From Octopus sinensis (taxonomy: Eukaryota): a DNA stretch of 64,000 bases. The DNA is taken from contig NC_043007.1 in the NCBI RefSeq assembly GCF_006345805.1, forward strand, positions 57,102,001-57,166,000, read 5' to 3'. The notes beneath the pieces are model-generated. The model saw only the letters and a list, made by a program, of their open reading frames with translations. It was not told the origin of the DNA and did no database searches. A program made the translations under genes and the position numbers. Positions 11,510 to 26,593 of the stretch are shown here, one piece after another (the first letter of the stretch is position 1; each line of letters begins with the position of its first letter).

Positions 11510-12321
11510 GGAGAGAGAGAGAGGAAGAGAGAGAACTAAAGAGAAGTGATGAAGCAGACGACAGCTAAATAAATATGTGTAATATTCCTACAACCCATAA
11601 AATAACTATAACAATAACGCAATTGGTTTACTAATAGAAGATATAACGTTCCAACTAATACCACAACGACCACGACCACACCGCCATCACCACAATCAAC
11701 ACTACCATCGCCATCACTACTATTATTGCTGTTGTTGTTGTTGTTGGTGGTGGTGGTAGTGGATGCAGTGGTTGTGTTGGTAGTGGTGGCAAAAACGATC
11801 TCAGTGGCGAAATATTGAGAACATTGTCAAAGCGAAAGCTGCAGGCAATATATTATATTCAGTGTCAATGTGTAGAAATATTATTATCCAGTGACCAACA
11901 GAAATGGCGGCGATTGTTTCAAGATGGCGTAAACGAAAACTATAAAGACAGCAGCCATTATCATAAAGCGGTTTATCGTCTTCTTGATGGAACCAATCTG
12001 AGACATTAAACAAACGCCACTTTCTCTCGACCCGTGGTTTCCAAATATATCACTGTTTGTAAAAACCTGCAAACCTCCTGCCCCCTACCAAATACAAATG
12101 TCTCCTACACTCCAAGTCTTCCATACCACATTGCCCCACTTTCTTCCTCTCTGTCATCTACTTTCTTTCTTACATATCACTCCTCTCTTGATGTCTTTTT
12201 GCCTCTGCTGCTCTCTCTTTTCTAATCTCCTCCTCACTCTTTTTCTCGTTGCCTTTCTATCTTTATGTTTTTCTTATTTTGAAAGTACCTATATGTGAAT
12301 GTATGTGAGTGTTCGTTCGTG

Positions 12322-12382
<61 letters not shown>

Positions 12383-13382
12383 CGCGTGTGTGTGTGTTTG
12401 TGTGTGCGGTGTGTATCTGCTGCTGCTGTTTCCATCAGTCCTTTTCCGTCTCTCTTCTTATGTATACCCTTTTCGTCTATGTCTCTACCACGTTTCTTTG
12501 TAATTACGTTTCTGTTTTCCTGTTTCTCAGTCTTTCCCTGCACTCTTTCACCTATCCTCTTCCTCTCCCCACTCTTTCTTTCTCCTCCACAGTACCTCGA
12601 TTTCAATTCTTACCATATCTCTCTCTCTCAATCTCTCAGCTCGCGCACGCTCTCACTTTTGCGCTCATATATCACCACACTCTAATATTATCACTATTTC
12701 TCTCTCCGTCTCTTTCACTATGCCTCTGTATCTCTCTGTATCTCTCTAGTTTCTCACCACTTTTCCTCCTACACCCTCTCTGACTTTCTCTCATCTTTTC
12801 ACAGTCTATCTATCTCTCTACTTCTTCTCACTTGTCTATCTTCCTCTCAGTTTCTCCCACTGATTTCTTTTCTCTCACATTATTTCAACCCTATCATATA
12901 TATCTCTGTCTTCCTCTTTCCTTGCACATTGACTTACTTTCCTTCTCTATCGCTCTCTCCCTTCTCTCTTTCACTCACCGTGGGTATTCTACCTCTTTCA
13001 TCCGCTTTCTTGTCCACTCCATCATTGACCCTCTCCCATGTTATTTCACTTCTATCTGCACTAGATCCTCGCATTCTCTCACTTGAAACACTACTCCCTC
13101 TTCTATTATTTTTAGCTTATCTGGTACACCAAACCATGGAGAGAATTGAACTTACAACTAATAATAAGACACATACATACACACACACACACACTTACAC
13201 ACACACACATCCCTCTTCGTCATGCAACTCTTCAGCATTTTCTTTCCGACTACCGATCCCTTTTATCTACATTATTTCCTCTACTGCAACTCTCTTACCC
13301 ACTTAGTATCCATCAAAAACAGTCATAGCATACACATTAGAGGAGTTCAGACACGTGCCTAAGCACACACACACGCACACAC

Positions 13383-13459
<77 letters not shown>

Positions 13460-13566
13460 TACACACACAGACGTACAGAAGAACACCGATACGTTCACGC
13501 ATGTACATATCTGCCCATACCCACATGAAAATACACATACACAGACGCATGCAGCTCAATATATAC

Positions 13567-13676
<110 letters not shown>

Positions 13677-13797
13677 TTGTGTTTGTCTGTCTGCTTGTCA
13701 CTCTATCCGTCTGTCTATCTATATGCTAATATACAACTGTATATATATACATGCATATATATATATATACATACATACCATATATATATATATTATA

Positions 13798-13835
<38 letters not shown>

Positions 13836-14044
13836 TATATAGATATATATATATAACGTGTGCGTAAGTGTTTTTTGTGCATTTAAGAGAGAGTGTGTGT
13901 CTCTCCTCTATATATATACCCACACACATACAAACACACACAACACATATATGCACATATCCCCACACCCACAAACAAGTTTAAGTATAGTGTGTTTCTA
14001 TGGTTATGAATATGGGGAGGGTCGGAGTTGTGAGTGTGGTTGTA

Positions 14045-14085
<41 letters not shown>

Positions 14086-14839
14086 AACACAATATATATG
14101 CATAAATATATATATATATATATATGTGTGTGTGTAATGTTATATGTAAACCTATTTATTTATGCACCTCTATAAATACATACATGCAATTATAAAGTAT
14201 ATGGTTGTATGTGTGTGTGTGTGTGTGTGTGTGTGGTATGTATGTGCGTGTGTGTGTGTGTGTGGCGTGTGTGTGTTTGTATACAGATATATATATATAT
14301 ACTTACATATGGTTCTCGCAAGCATGGATATGCATATCAAATACATACACGCAAATGCATACACACGTGCACACTCATTCACGCAATCAGATACACATGT
14401 ATTTGTATGTAAACCTAACTATGTGGCTCTTTATATGAATGTATGCTACACAAAGACTGCAGCGGAAATTCGTAAGGTGAGATTTAGGTCTTAATACAGA
14501 AGAGAACCATAAAAGAAAATTATAAAATAACCCTAAATCGTAAACAAAAGGGGAAAAAAAATCAAATAGTTAAAAGCAAGTATAATAAAAGAATTTTCCC
14601 AAAATTATTATTGCAATAAAACAAGAAAAACAAGAAAAAACAAATTCAGAATATAAAAATATCAATATATAAAAAATACTCCCAAATCCAAAAGTGAAAA
14701 AGAAATATTTATGGTAAATTGTGACGAAACATGAAAAAGTTTCAAAGAGCTCTGCATGATTTTCAATTGGAAGATATTTAGAACTTTGTTGGGTTCCTTG
14801 AACCCGTTCTATAGTGCTCGTAATTAACCAATAACTTAC

Positions 14840-14980
14840 CATTTGCCAAAAACGCATACGGCTCAAGGCGCAACATTTTCAGAGAATATGGCTCCTGTTT
14901 ATAACTTCCGGAGACCATAAGGACAATCGCAACATGTCGTTAGAGTTTCATTGGTTCGTGTATGCGCGCGCGCGCGTGTT
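14840..14980 (-). promoter_or_regulatory. Candidate promoter/first exon (ETS motif, CG-rich patch, strong 5' splice site)
   Basis: ACTTCCGG at 14904-14911, (GC)n patch at ~14963-14976, minus-strand AAAATG at 14876 and AATG|GTAAGT donor at 14840/14839. Confidence 0.35.
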
Positions 14981-15519
14981 TCATTGATGGGATGTATTTA
15001 TGTCTTGAGTGTATGTATGTGTGTCATTGTTAATGTGTACCTGAGTGATTACGTGTGTGCGCGTTTATATATATATATATATATATTATATAATATATAT
15101 ATTATATATATATATATCTATATGTGTGTGTGGTGTGTGTGTGTATAGATATATATGTATGTATATATGTACGTATGTATCTGAGCGTGTGTATGCGTTT
15201 GAATTCTACTTTTAACTGAATGTATTTATGTATGTGTGAGTGTGCGTGCGTGTATGCATGCGTCTGTGTGAGTGTGTGTATGTCTGTGTGGGTGAGTGTC
15301 TGTTTGTGTGTGTATGTGGTGTATGTGTCTAAATATCTCTATGTATGCGTTCATACTGTTATGTCTGTTGTAGATGATTGCATATAAACTGTGTCTGTAT
15401 ATTTTGTGTGCGAAAGTGAAGGAGAGTGAAAGAATTGGGGGGAAAAGAAGTAGAAAGAAAGATTAAAAGAAGAAAGGGGTGAATGAGAAGGCAAAGGAGA
15501 ATGAAAAGAGAAAAGAAAG

Positions 15520-15755
15520 AGGAAAAGTAAAAGGCGGCGGTGGTGGTGGTGGTGGTGGTGGTGGAGGCGGTGACGGGGTGGTTGTAGTTGTAGAAAAAGA
15601 AGAGGCAAATGAAGAAGAAGAAGAAGAAGAAGAAGAAGAAGAAGAAGAAGAAGAAGAAGAAAAGAAGAGACGAAGAAGAAGAAGAAGAAGAAGAAGAAGA
15701 AGAAGAAGAAGAAGAAGAAGAAGAAGAAGAAGAAGCAACAGCAGCAACAACAGCA
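15520..15755. repeat. Compound trinucleotide run (GGT)n-(GAA)n-(CAG/CAA)n
   Basis: Direct reading; similar compound runs at 44200-44460, 54030-54410, 54590-54680 and 60590-61075. Confidence 0.95.
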
Positions 15756-17445
15756 ATATGGAGATATAATAAAATCTAAGAATGTGAACACGGACAATAA
15801 TATCAGGAACGGAGGAAGGATAGGATGATGAAGTGCAAGAAAGTTGAAAACAAAACAAGTAAAAAGAAAGACAGAAGCAGTTGTAGGTGTTTGTGGTGTC
15901 TAGATGTGTTTGATTTGATTTTAGTAGAAGAAATTGAAAGTATGGATAAAAATACACGCCATTCGTATTTAGGATTTTTTTTCATCTCTTTTGTAGAAGG
16001 AAGTCAGTAATTTTCTGAACTTTATGTGTTTCACTTCTATATACTTCGTTAGAGCAACTGGTAAATGTTGAATTTAAGATTATGATATATACATATGTTT
16101 GCATCTGTACAGTTCAAAATAAGAATTGTTGTATTTGTAGTCATACTTGATGAGGAACAGTGTCCTTAGATAGTCTTTTTCTTTACTTTTTATTGGTTTT
16201 GTTCAAAATAATGGCATTTATAGTAGTTGACGCAATAAGATTATTTTAGAGTGGACGTGACTGAAGTTGTGAAGAATAAACCTCGAATATTCTTTTGGAA
16301 TAAAAAAATATATATATTCTTCTCAACTCTGTTCACTCCTCGCTTTAAACTATTACTATTAAATAGCACTTCTGATATATTTGAAAGTGAGAAAGCTGTA
16401 ATGATTAAGAAAACAATGGCTGCTAACAAAAGTGTACTGTTGATATTAACAGCTATCATCTTTATGTTAAATTTAAAAGTTTGTGTAAAAAATGTTTCTA
16501 TTTAGGTCAAGAATAAAATGATCTAAAAATACAACTATACGAAAAGGCTAACAGGAGTATACAGACGAACCAAACACAAACATGAATGTGTGTTGAACAA
16601 GATATATTACTTTTGGAGTACGGAAGATATATAGTGTTCTGACGTTCTAAGGATCCTAAAGTAGTTCTGAGTGATGATTAAATAACTGGAATTTGGAAAA
16701 TCAAATTTTATATGATTCTGGGATGCGAAATATTACGGAAGAGAAGTTTCCATTTTATACTAAAGTATTGGTTAGTTGACTTTAAACCCCAAATATGATT
16801 CGATAGCAAGCTATCAGCTGAGCATTATTAGTAATGATTAATACTCTCAAATGATTTGTGTTTATCTCTTGGTATATCTAAAATTATATATGCCATAATA
16901 CTAATCTATTCGTTCAGGTTGTACTCGCTATATTTGTATAAAATCTTAATGTAATTTCCATAACATAATTAGCTGTTTGGTTATCCTAAAATTAATTCCT
17001 ATGTGATCATTAAATGTAAGTTTCTCAAGATTCAGTTTGTGCATATAGGTTTATTTTTCTTTCAGGTTACACTATTTACTGTCGATTTTAAGTTACTATA
17101 CTTAAAATATTCTTAACTAAGTAAAAAACTTTCCTTATAATGACCAATTCGGTCATTATAATCTTAAGCTCTTTTATCACGATTTAGTTTTTGTGTTACT
17201 GTTCTTTTAATAGAGCTTGTAGACTGGAAAAATCATTTTACAATGTCTAAGTAATATAACTAGTCTTCAGCTAATAATAAATAAAATGCTATCCAAAGAA
17301 CAATTTCTGCATACATTTATATAATTACACACATGTATATAATTATGTATATTCATACACACGCACAGACACACACACACACACACACCCACACACACCC
17401 ATATATATTATATACATACATACTACATATATATATTATTATATA

Positions 17446-17483
<38 letters not shown>

Positions 17484-17625
17484 CTATCTATATGCCTGTC
17501 TGTCTGTCGTCTGTCTCCCCCTCTCTCTCTCTCTCTATCTAATTAGATAGGTATGTATATATATATTATATATATACACATATAATATATATATAGATAA
17601 TATATAATACACACACACGCACACA

Positions 17626-17679
<54 letters not shown>

Positions 17680-17749
17680 ATCAGGTCATCCACAAAGAAT
17701 TATTGGTACATTGGTATTTCTCTCAATTGTTGAACGTAGTATGTAGCTA

Positions 17750-18480
17750 TTGGAAGTTTGAAAAAGAAATGATAACAGATTTAATGCTGAAATGATCTGA
17801 AGTACAGAAAGATTTATGGGTATTCCCTTTGAAATATCCGGAAATGATCATTCCACTCTCAGTTGTCTTGTTAGGTCTTTGTGAGCCTTTCAATGGTAGT
17901 GACAAAGATAGCAGGTAATTTTGCCGAGGGCAGAGACTCTTGAGTGGATAATGGCGTTAGATGTCTGTAGTTAATTCTTACTTTGGATAGCATAGTGTTG
18001 TTCATCAAGATTTGTTCAGTACATCTCCACACTCTTTCTCCCCCACCCTGCCTCCTCATCAGTCGCTATATTGTTGGACTCTCAATGATCCTGGAAGCGT
18101 TGGTTGAGTGCTAGTGTAAAGCTTGTACTATGTACAATCTTTGGGCCTGTAGTTTTCTGCTTACCGGATGGTTTAGTTTTGGGCTACAAGATTTGATTGT
18201 GCTATAACAAGCCTCGGGTATGCCATGCATAGTTACAGGCTGCACCCGTTCAGTGACATTTGGTACCCGTTACACTACTCTGCCAGGGATACGGTGAAGT
18301 GATGGGACTGCAACATGGCAGATTGTGAAGAGGAAGCAGAAGTGCTCAACTGAGCCAACGGTGCTTCTTACATTGAAGGTGAGCGGATGAATCCTTGAAG
18401 ATCAACGGTCAGGGTCACCAAGCTCTATCAGGAGAGTAACTGCAATGCATCTATAAAGGTGGCGTCCGTGATTGTGTAAT
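17750..18480 (-). mobile_element. Highly degraded RTE/BovB-like LINE fragment (end of endonuclease/linker)
   Basis: Piecewise minus-strand translation gives RLVIAQSNL..PKTKPSGKQK and FTLALNQRFQD, resembling the DHRLI..KL...PK...GK linker of RTE-BovB. Many stops. Confidence 0.3.
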
Positions 18481-18943
18481 CAGCTAATGAAAGATTCACT
18501 ATGATTCAAGCTCCCAATTCAAATTCATAATAATGGAACTGTATAACGACAGAGTCATGAGAATCTGCGAAAGCAGAATAAGAAAAACGAAGAGTAACAA
18601 GCCAATATATGGTATTTCAAGCTGGCCTTTCATAAATCTTTTCAATTTTATATGTAAAGACTAACTGAAGTGAGAGGTATAAGTACGACGTTTTTAATAA
18701 CTTGCAGGCCGTAGAACTGGACTTCTTGTGTTGGTTTTGTTACCAATATCAGTCACACTCGTTAAAGTGAAATTTCACATGATGTAAGATATATTTTGTA
18801 ATCCGTTCTCAATAGAGTGAAATTGTAACTAAATGGTGTTTCTTTTATTTTTAACAAGAAATAAACTAGTTGCTGATTTAGGTTAGAGGAGTCAGTATAA
18901 TTGTAGGATAAATTTCTATGTGTGTACGTATGTATGTATTATT

Positions 18944-19004
<61 letters not shown>

Positions 19005-19695
19005 ATGTAAGGCCATATTGCATATACAATATGGCGAACTGTTTTACTTATTCGTGCGACCAGTTGTTGCCGGAAGCTTTGTTTCTCTAACATATCAATG
19101 AGGTTAAGTAGAGTCAAGACTTTTTATTGAGTAGGTTAACTGTTTGCTGATGGGGGAACCCATCTAAATATTATGCACGTTCCCTAACAGGGAAGAAGAG
19201 AAAGAGAAAGAGAGAAGGGGAGTGAGAAAATGAAAGAGTGTGAGAGAAAAGCAAAATAGATAATAGATTATGAACAGAGCATACTATATTTATATTTAAT
19301 ATATATATATATATATATAGATATATTTAGATATATAGATATATAGATATATATAGATATAGATTGAGATAGATAGATAGATAGATAGATAGATGATAGA
19401 TAGATAGATAGATAGATATAGAAATAGTGGAAGAATGGTGGAAGAAGTGAAAGCTATGGGAGGAGAGATGTGTTTCGCTAATATTGTTGAAGCCATAGAA
19501 ACACAACACCAGAGGTGTCTTCTCCATTAACCAGAAAATGAAAAGGATAAAGGAGCGTGTAATTATTTAAATATATTACAAGATCCACGTGTACACACGC
19601 GCGCGCTTACACACACACATGCAGAAAAGCAGCGCACAATACACAGATGTACACACATATACATACACGCACACACACATATATGTATACATCGT

Positions 19696-19740
<45 letters not shown>

Positions 19741-19763
19741 GTATATATATACTCTCGTTCTCT

Positions 19764-19824
<61 letters not shown>

Positions 19825-20304
19825 TACACAAACACGCATATATATATATATGCCACATTTTGTTGACAAGAATGTATATATTGTGAAGCGATAGTTTCAG
19901 TTTTGGGTTCTAATTATAAACCATTCATGTTGCTTAAGCTATAAAAGCTCTTAAGAAAAATATAAGGGTCACTACCCCTGTTCATTTCTTTTATTCTTTC
20001 TAAAGTCTATACATGTTATCACTTGTTGCCGGAAACCTAAACTGGTGGAAGTTAAGTTAGTATGCTTATCACACGTATGTGAACGATAAAATTAATATCG
20101 CAACAAAAACACACAAAAATATATACATAAACGTATTTGTTTTTATAATAAACACATAACAAACTGGCCGTTCAATCAATGAACCAAAGCTTCTATGTCT
20201 AACTCTACCCACTCGTCCTCCGTTTCCTCTTCTCCCTTTCTTGCATGCTCTCTTTCTCTCAACATATACATATAGATATATAAAAGAATACACACACACA
20301 CACA

Positions 20305-20354
<50 letters not shown>

Positions 20355-20416
20355 ACCACACACAAACACACACACACCAAACTCTCTCTCTCTCTCTCTC
20401 TCTCTTACACACACAC

Positions 20417-20812
20417 AGAGGTATGGCTGTGTGGAAGAAATTTGCTTCCCAACCACATAGTCAGTAAAGTTGGTAGACGGAAACTGAAAGAAGCTCGTCA
20501 TATATACATGAACACACACACACACACACACACACGGACACACACATATATATATACATACCTATATATATATATATATTATATATGTGTGTGTGTGTGT
20601 GTGTGCGTGTGTGTGTGCGCGCGTGTTTGTCTTCAAATCTTGCTGGTTGCTCACCACCGCTTGACAAATGGTGTTGTGTTTACGTCCCGGATAACACAAG
20701 GGACCAATAGAATAAGTACTAGGCCTAAAAAACTTAAGCGACCTGAGTCGCTATCTTTGATTAAAATTCCCCAAGGCACCGCCTAATGTCTGAAACGAGT
20801 GAAAGATAAAAA
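20417..20812 (+). mobile_element. Family-A SINE, internally deleted
   Basis: Same head, GGTAGACGGAAACTGAAAGAAGC and ACCGCTTGACAA segments as 7281-7682. Confidence 0.85.
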
Positions 20813-21067
20813 AATAAAAGCATATATATATAAAATTAGAGTGAAGTTTTGGCTGCTATTTCCAGCGGGGTGGTATCTCTTAGACACCCTAAATTATAAT
20901 TTTAATAATAATTAATTACTTCGAAGGTTCTTTTTCCAATGCTGGCTACATGATAATCTCGGTGTTTAAATATCGATCTTATCCTTATTTATATAAATAT
21001 GTATATATATATATATATACTATATATATATAATATATAATATATAATATATATTTATGTATGTATG

Positions 21068-21104
<37 letters not shown>

Positions 21105-21189
21105 GATATATATTATAATATATATATATATATATATATTAATATATATATATGTGTTGTGTGTGTGTGTGTATGTATGTATATATACA

Positions 21190-21760
21190 ACTTAAAACTA
21201 AATTTATAAATTTAACCTTTAAAGGTATTTTTTAATATGCTAGCCATTGATAAAATTTTTATCGAAAAATTTTATCCTATATTAGATGTAAGTTTAATAG
21301 TGTTCACTTCCAGACTCACTCTCTGAGAGTTTCAGTTCGAATCGCACGTGTCTCGAATGGGCTAGAGAATTTCTATTTTGGATATATTTGGGGTACTTAA
21401 TTGTGCTCATGACTCAGTGTTTGCTTCTTCTATGGGTATAAGTAAGTATTTCATTTATATCTTTGCCGCATTTATCACTGACAAAGAGAAGGTTCTTATG
21501 AAGTAACTCTGAAATCGAGTCTGATATGGTAATAAGGGCATTTTTTAGAAATTTCTGACGGTTTTCTTCGAGACACGTGCTTATAGTGATGAATTATATG
21601 GTTATGGACGATGTGTCTAATTTCGGCATATCTGGCATTAGAAATTTTTTTTCTTTTGCCCTTGTTTAATAATTTGTTTATGATTTTAACCTTAAAGGTA
21701 TTTTTTTAATATGCTGGCCATTGATAAAATTTTTCGAAAATTTTTATCCTATATTAGATG
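21190..21760. repeat. Second copy of the ~475 bp unit with ~80 bp terminal direct repeat
   Basis: TTAACC(T)TTAAAGGTATTTTTTAATATGCT(A/G)GCCATTGATAAAATTTTT..CGAAAA..TTTTATCCTATATTAGATGT occurs at ~21211 and ~21686. The body aligns to 6690-7205. Confidence 0.85.
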
Positions 21761-21785
21761 TATATATATATATATATGTATTATA

Positions 21786-21836
<51 letters not shown>

Positions 21837-21859
21837 ATATATATCTATATACATACATA

Positions 21860-21906
<47 letters not shown>

Positions 21907-22101
21907 TATATATATATATATCTATATATATATATATAGAGAGAGAGAGCGAGAGAGAGATCTGCTTTTTTTTTTTTTTTTCTCTTTTCTCCTCGACAGC
22001 CTCCACCTCTCCTTCCAATGGGGGAGCGGGGGCGCTACTTTTATTAACTGCTCCAAGACCCTACCTTGGTCCTGGGGACAGTTCTTCTTAATGTGGTGGT
22101 G

Positions 22102-22139
<38 letters not shown>

Positions 22140-22753
22140 GTACACGACAGGATTCTTTTAGCTTCCGACCGCCAAATCTATTCACAAAGATTTAGTCGAC
22201 CCAAAACTACACAGAAGACACTCGTTCAAGATCCTATGCAGTGAGAATTTACTTTTTTATTAATTTTATAAAAAATATTTTATAGCAACGTGTGCAAAAG
22301 GAGAACAATCAAGGTTTACTTAATTTTCCTCTTATCCTTTTCCAAAATAATTCAGAATGGAGTGTCATCGGTAAATAACTATTTCATATGTGTATAAATT
22401 TCCAGAATCAAGAAAACGAGGCGACCAAGAAATCAATATAAACACCCTTTCTTGCGAAACAATTTTTAATACGGTTTTTGTTGTCAGTTAATATTCAAGA
22501 TAAAATTTATCCAAAATAGTTTCACTGTTAACATTTTTATAAAGAGATAAACAAACTCATGCAAGTTCAGCTATGCACACATACATACATGCCTGCGTAT
22601 CACACACACACGCACACATTCATGTGTATATATGTATACACGCAGGCATATATATATATATATATATATATACAATACATACATACACACATACATACAT
22701 ACATATATATAAACGTATACATGTATATTATGTATCCATTTGTATATGTACGT

Positions 22754-22811
<58 letters not shown>

Positions 22812-22943
22812 TGAGTGCATGTATATGTGCTACGCATATTTCTGTTTTAAATTATACAATTTAATCATCACACAATATTTTAAATATATATATATATAGG
22901 GAGAAATATTTGTACGTATGTATGTATAAATAATATATTATAT

Positions 22944-22982
<39 letters not shown>

Positions 22983-23569
22983 CATACATATATATATGCA
23001 TATATAAACATATTTGTATGTATATGCAGATATATGTGCATGTATAATAATTTATGTTTATCTCTCTCTTTCTCTCTCTATCGATCTATCTGTATGTGTG
23101 TGTGTGTATGTGTATATATATATATATATATCGGCATTTATTGTAACAATTACTCGTATTGTTAGTGCGTATATGTATGTGCGTGTGTGAGTATATGCGC
23201 GTGTGTGCGTGTGTCTGTATTTGGTAATTTATTAGATATCTAATACACACACACGCACACGTATACACGCACGTACAGACACAAACACACACACACACAC
23301 ACAAATATATACTCAACGCATACACTCTCATACACTTACACACACATACACACATACACACAGGTACAAATAATTTACACACACATATATTCTGATTGCC
23401 TGTCATTCTGACTCTGTATATCAATGTGCCGCTGGGTAGACGCTGGCGTAATTAAGTTGCCCCTGTTCTCATCATCCCCCAGGGACTTTTTAAACTCCTC
23501 CAATGGTTCAATAGCATTTCAAAGGTTGCCCTTATCTCACATTTTGAGAAGAGAAAATTCCCACAAACA

Positions 23570-23611
<42 letters not shown>

Positions 23612-23727
23612 TGTTTGTGAAAACGCTTATATCACTAAGACTAAGTGTGTGTGTGCGTTATGAAGATTGTTAGTGACCTCGAAGTTTTGTCCAATAGGTG
23701 TCAATTCGAAGTAATTTTTATTCTTTT

Positions 23728-24092
23728 ATTCTTTAACTTGTTTCAGTCATTTGACTGCGACCATGCTGGAGCACAACCTTAAAGGGTTTTTTAGTTGAAG
23801 AAATCGACCCCACGACTTATTCTATTGGTCTCTTTTGTCGAACCGATAAGTTATGGTGACGTAAATACACCATCATCGGTTGTCAAGTGATGGTGAGGGA
23901 CAGACACAGACACAGACAGACACACACAGACATATATATATATATACGACGGGCTTCTTTCAGTTTCCGCCTACCATAACCCGAGGCTATAGTAGAAGAC
24001 ACTTACATAAGGTGCCACACGCAGTGGAACTGAACCCAGAACCATGTGGTTGGGTAGGAAGCTTCTTAGCACACAACCACGCTTGCACCTAT
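23728..24092 (-). mobile_element. Family-A SINE
   Basis: Reverse complement of the 7281-7682 family (TTGTTTCAGTCATTTGACTGCG...CGACGGGCTTCTTTCAGTTTCCG...GGTGCCACGCAGTGG). Confidence 0.9.
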
Positions 24093-24347
24093 ATTGCTCA
24101 AAATATTTTTCTCTTTATTTACGTGCTGCAACTTTTAGTTAGTAACTACTTTACGCACACACACACACACACGCATGCACACACACGCATGCACACACAT
24201 ACAAACACATACACAGACACACGCATGCACACACACAAACACACACACACGCACACACACGCACACACATTCACATACGCATGCGCGCGCGCGCACACAT
24301 AAACATGCGCATACAGTCGTATACACGCTAGCATATACATACATAAA

Positions 24348-24397
<50 letters not shown>

Positions 24398-24484
24398 CAT
24401 ACATATATATAAATATTTTTTCGTTTCAGCCATACACCACATACACATACATATATATATGTGTGTGTGCGTGTATATACATTG

Positions 24485-24518
<34 letters not shown>

Positions 24519-24521
<3 letters not shown>

Positions 24522-25094
24522 AAATTGCGTGACCTCGGTATCACCGGTAATCTGGGAGAGTCGCTGCATGATTTCCTAAGGGGCAGAAGTCAGGCTGTCA
24601 CTGCAAATGGTGCTCTCTCTGAAGTGACATCAGTCCTCTGTGGAGTCCCCCAGGGAACAGTGCTGGGTTCACTACTGTTTGTGTAGCTCTCTCGGACATG
24701 CCCTTAATCATAGAGTCACCTACACTCACCAGCTACGCCGATGATACAAAAGTACCGCAGGCAGTCAAGGATTCTACTAACATCCTAAGATTACAGAATG
24801 ACCTGAATGCAATATATAAATGGGCTGATGAGAATAATAGGCAGTTCAATGGTACAAAATTTCAAGCACTCCGCTATCAGCCCATAAACAAACTGCAGCT
24901 GAAGTACACAGGACCAGCAGGCAATGTAATCCCAGAGTTAGAGTCGGTGCATGACCTGGGAATCCACATGAGCAACGACGCAACTTTCCATGTGCACGTT
25001 GCTCAGATGGCAACACTATGCAGATGGGTGGCAGATTGGATCCTTAGATCCTTTAGGATCAGGAGCAAAAACACGACGCTTCTGCTTAGGAGAA
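24519..25094 (+). pseudogene. CR1/Jockey-superfamily LINE reverse transcriptase fragment
   Basis: [81 protein letters not shown]. One stop; truncated at both ends in microsatellite. Confidence 0.92.
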
Positions 25095-25104
25095 TGTGTG
25101 CGTT

Positions 25105-25148
<44 letters not shown>

Positions 25149-25218
25149 AGTGCGTATAATTTTTTACTCTCCTCGTATATCGTATATAATATATATATAT
25201 ATATATTATATATATATA

Positions 25219-25992
25219 CGAGGGAGAGTAAAAAATTATACGCACTCTTGTCTTTTTCAGTATATTTACACAAAAGCAGGGGATAAGCAAGTACGTCATT
25301 TTTCTATACATAGTCTCATTCCTTTTCGATGGACTTGGTCCAGCGGTCCACAACCTTACGTATTTCCTTTAAAGAGAAGGTTTTTGGTTGGTCGTGCAAC
25401 CATTTAAGCATCGCTTCCTTCACATCTTCATCCGTAGGAAATCGACGACCACGTAATGCATCTTTGAGCAGTCAAAAGTTGGAAGGGGCAGGGTGTTTCA
25501 GCACCTCAAAACCCAATTGGTTAATGGTTTTAATAGTCTGGGCGGCCGTGTGTAGGCGTGCATTGTCATACAACAGCAAAACTTACTTCGACACTGTATC
25601 TTGCACTGTTGATCGTACTCCTTTTTCCAGGTAGTCTTCCAGTATAGGCTCTTCCCGCGGAAGACTGAGCATTGAATTTCTCCGTCACTGGTGAGCCAGG
25701 ATGTTTCCACTCTATATTCTGTCTTTTGCATTCTGCTTCATAATGATGGACCCACGTTTCATCTCCTATGTGACTATTCTGCTCAAAGTTGAACTCTTTC
25801 ATTCTTTGTTCTTCTTTGGTGCACATTGCTAGTGGAGCGGCCATGCTTACATTGTAAAGCAAGAAAGAAAGATGGTGTGATCAGGCTTAGTTCACGTGAC
25901 CACAATGTTACCAACTATAAGCATGCATGCGCAGAAGGCAGTGTGACAATAATAAAGATATGTTATGGCGAAAGTGCGGATAATTTTTGCCC
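25219..25992 (-). mobile_element. Internally deleted mariner (DD34D) element
   Basis: Left TIR TA|CGAGGGAGAGTAAAAAATTATACGCACTCTT; right TIR remnant AAAGTGCGGATAATTTTTG (25971-25989). Minus-strand GDETWVHHYEAECKRQNIEWKHPGSP and LKDALRGRRFPTDEDVKEAMLKWL. Confidence 0.88.
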
Positions 25993-26382
25993 ACACCACA
26001 CACCACCACACCCCATCACACCACCCCACACTACACACACTAGCACTGACCACTTCCAAGCACCCACACCACACACCATCATCCACACTTTACAGACGCA
26101 CACACGCGCACACACCCACATGTCAAGGTAACTAGCCCCTATCCACACACACACACTTACACATTCTCACACACACACACACATACACATTCTCTCTCTC
26201 TCTCTCTCTCTCTCACACACTTACACATTCTCACATACACACACACGCACCGTGCACCTTCGTTTTGAGATCACCAATATTTTATTTCCCCTTCTTTCTA
26301 CCTCTCCTGTCAAACCTGTTTTTTCCAACCAGTCACTGAATCCACAAGTTTTTTTATTCTCTCTGTTTATTTTCTCGTATTC

Positions 26383-26418
26383 CTTTCTGTTGAAGAGCGT
26401 GGGTGCGAAACGTAAAAG
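26383..26418 (+). ncRNA. Minimal type I hammerhead motif (CUGUUGA core variant)
   Basis: CTTT-CTGTTGA-A-GAGC-GTGG-GTGC-GAAAC-GTA-AAAG: stem I CTTT/AAAG, GUA triplet, stem II damaged. Lies in a ~240 bp element homologous to 53150-53330. Confidence 0.65.
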
Positions 26419-26505
26419 ACTTTCTCACTTTCCCGAGCGTCAAACTAATAAACCTACTTGTTGTTCATACACCTACCTTCGTATTTTGTTTTTTCTGTAA
26501 ATTTC

Positions 26506-26545
<40 letters not shown>

Positions 26546-26593
26546 AATAGATGAAAGAATGGAGTTGAACGACGATTTAACAAAATTCCTTTA

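Noticed and set aside
16241-16459. 72 aa minus-strand ORF with hydrophobic N-terminus and KR site (secreted peptide-like)
   Set aside because: Very AT-rich DNA biases toward I/L/F/K/N, and an equally long ORF overlaps on the other strand; no independent support.
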